The notes under the pieces: generated by a model
What the model saw: the letters and a program-made list of their open reading frames with translations, nothing else
Databases searched by the model: none
What the model was told of the DNA's origin: nothing
Source: Elusimicrobiales bacterium
Lineage (GTDB): Bacteria > Elusimicrobiota > Elusimicrobia > Elusimicrobiales > UBA9959
Length of the DNA stretch: 64,000 nucleotides
Reading direction: 5' to 3'
Assembly: GCA_031082205.1 (NCBI GenBank)
Contig: JAVHLJ010000006.1
Location: forward strand, 1,445 to 65,444
Part shown: piece after piece, positions 62,271 through 64,000 of the stretch
Layout of the letters: each line of letters begins with the position of its first letter
Position numbering within the stretch: position 1 is the stretch's first letter
Program-made: the position numbers and the translations under genes

Positions 62271-63155
62271 ATGAACACGACCAAAGAGAAGCTCATAAAG
62301 CTCCTGTTCGCCGCGGCCGCCTTCTCCTCGCTGGCCCTGCTGGCCGGGATCATCATCGTCCTCTTCCGCGAGGCGCTGCCGGTCTTCAGCTTCGTCTCTC
62401 CGCTCGCCTTCCTCGGCGGTGAGAGCTGGTATCCCACGGCCGAGCCGCCGGAGTTCGGCGTGTGGCCGCTCATAGCCGCCTCCGCCTGGGTCACCGGCAT
62501 AGCCCTGGTCATCTGCGTGCCGCTGGGCGTGGGCAGCGCGCTGTACCTGCACGAGCTCGCCGGTCCGCGCCAGCGCGCCGCGCTGAAGCCGGTCATAGAG
62601 GTCCTGGCCTCGATTCCCTCCATCATCTACGGCTTCTTCGGCATGACCGTAATGGCGCCATTCATGCAGGAGGCCTTCGGACTGCCCATAGGGCTCTGCG
62701 CCCTGACGGCAGGCGTCATACTGGGCGTCATGGCCACCCCGACGGTGGCCAGCATAGCCGAGGACGCTCTGGGCTATGTGCCGCGCTCGTTCAGGGAAGC
62801 CTCTTTCGCCCTGGGCGCCAACCGCTGGGAGACACTGGTGAAGGTCATAGTCCCGGCCGCCGGCTCCGGCATCTCCACGGCCGTGATACTCGGCATGAGC
62901 CGCGCCATCGGCGAGACCATGACCGTGCTGATGGTGGCCGGAGGGGCCGCGGTCGTGCCGTCCTCGGTCTTCGACCCGGTGCGCCCGATGACGGCGGCCA
63001 TCGCCGCCGAGATGGGCGAGGCCGCGGTGGGCGGCGAGCATTACCACGCTCTGTTCGCCATCGCGCTCGCCCTGTTCCTTGTCACTTTCGTATTCAATAT
63101 CGCCGCGGAGCTCATCAGCCGCCGCTACCGCCTGAAGCTGGGGCTGGCCCGATGA
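62271..63155 (+). CDS. pstC: Phosphate ABC transporter permease PstC
   Basis: 294 aa, polytopic, with the EAA-type loop REASFALGANRWETLVKVIVPAA. Confidence 0.85.
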   Translation: MNTTKEKLIKLLFAAAAFSSLALLAGIIIVLFREALPVFSFVSPLAFLGGESWYPTAEPPEFGVWPLIAASAWVTGIALVICVPLGVGSALYLHELAGPRQRAALKPVIEVLASIPSIIYGFFGMTVMAPFMQEAFGLPIGLCALTAGVILGVMATPTVASIAEDALGYVPRSFREASFALGANRWETLVKVIVPAAGSGISTAVILGMSRAIGETMTVLMVAGGAAVVPSSVFDPVRPMTAAIAAEMGEAAVGGEHYHALFAIALALFLVTFVFNIAAELISRRYRLKLGLAR

Positions 63156-64000
63156 GCAGGCGCGATGTCTTTCAGAAGGCCGGGTTCGGGCTGCTGTGGC
63201 TGTGCATGGCCGCCAACATCGTCTTCCTGGGCGCCATACTCTGGTTCATCGCCGTTCGCGGCCTGCCGGCGATAAGCTGGGAATTCCTGACGGCCGCGCC
63301 CCGCGACGCCATGACGGCCGGCGGCATAGCACCGGCCATACTTGGCACGCTTTACCTTACGCTCGGCGCGGTGCTGGTCGCGCTGCCGCTTGGCGTCGCC
63401 TGCGCCGTCTACCTGACCGAATATTCGCCCAAAGGCTGGGCCGTCAACGCCATACGCGTCAGCGTGAACAATCTCGCCGGCGTACCGTCCGTCGTCTTCG
63501 GTCTTTTCGGACTGGCGGTCTTCGTGAAAGGCGCGGGCTTCGGGGTCTCCATACTTTCCGGCTCGCTCACGCTGGCCATGCTGACGCTGCCGCTGATAAT
63601 CTCCGCCTCGCAGGAGGCGCTGGTCGCGGTGCCGCAGTCCGTGCGCGAGGCCTCGCTGGCGCTGGGCGCCTCGCGCTGGGAGACCATCCGCAAGGTGGTG
63701 CTGCCGGCCGCCCTGCCCGGCATACTGACCGGCGTGATACTCAGCGTCGGCCGCGCCGCCGGCGAGACCGCGCCGATACTCTTCACCGCCGCCGCCTTTT
63801 ACCTGAAGGGCTATCCGGATTCGGTGTTCTCGGAGGTCATGGCCCTGCCCTATCACATCTACGCTCTCATGACCGAGGGCACGCATCCCGAAGCCCAGAC
63901 GCGCATCGCCTACGGCTCGAGCCTGGTCCTGCTGGCCCTGGTGCTGGCCATGTCCATGCTCGCGATATATATCAGGCAGCGCCAGAGGAGGACATACCAT
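63152..64000 (+). CDS. pstA: Phosphate ABC transporter permease PstA (3' end outside the window)
   Basis: ATGA overlap with the pstC stop. My hand translation gives MSRRDVFQKAGFGLLWLCMAANIVFLG... and REASLALGASRWETIRKVVLPAA. The frame is still open at the window edge. Confidence 0.8.
   Translation, partial: MSRRDVFQKAGFGLLWLCMAANIVFLGAILWFIAVRGLPAISWEFLTAAPRDAMTAGGIAPAILGTLYLTLGAVLVALPLGVACAVYLTEYSPKGWAVNAIRVSVNNLAGVPSVVFGLFGLAVFVKGAGFGVSILSGSLTLAMLTLPLIISASQEALVAVPQSVREASLALGASRWETIRKVVLPAALPGILTGVILSVGRAAGETAPILFTAAAFYLKGYPDSVFSEVMALPYHIYALMTEGTHPEAQTRIAYGSSLVLLALVLAMSMLAIYIRQRQRRTYH

Overview
GC-rich (about two-thirds G+C by eye), gene-dense chromosomal segment. The host looks like a diderm bacterium: it encodes a GT9 heptosyltransferase-like domain, a PorV-like barrel and a porin whose sequences end in an aromatic residue. 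I cannot place it taxonomically from sequence alone. I support about 47 CDS plus hairpin terminators and a few regulatory sites. I saw no rRNA, tRNA, CRISPR array, transposase or integrase. Blocks in order: (1) 8-6782, glycan/LPS-type cluster with an AsnB::GT9 fusion, a methyltransferase, WbqC, a minimal class III cyclase and a GT-C membrane glycosyltransferase. (2) A HEAT/NlpC-P60 secreted protein, a metallophosphoesterase and MarC. (3) Minus-strand sdhCAB-fumA, a TM protein, archease and rtcB. (4) A 1159-aa NHL/FN3/transglutaminase-like/TPR secreted protein. (5) 23832-28872, a double GNAT, a LuxE-like synthetase and a LuxC::PaaK-like fusion. (6) 30220-37311 (minus), the most interesting locus. 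An unannotated 22-codon ORF with its own promoter, SD and a downstream attenuator hairpin is followed by a B12-binding radical SAM enzyme, an orphan family-5 peptide-type SBP, a hybrid histidine kinase with two receiver domains, and an M29 aminopeptidase. I read it as a candidate modified-peptide (RiPP-like) production and sensing module. (7) A PorV-like OMP tightly linked to a 10x FN3 protein with a T9SS-type C-terminal sorting domain. (8) buk-ptb, a SEC-C protein and two tandem paralogous secreted proteins of unknown function. (9) A Ser/Thr kinase with inverted topology, tdh and a flavin reductase. (10) A REC-REC-PPDK_N protein and a pho regulon (small ORF-phoB-phoR, porin-pstSCA) with two arrays of 11-bp phased repeats that look like Pho boxes. 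All functional calls rest on motif and family recognition by eye. No searches were run.
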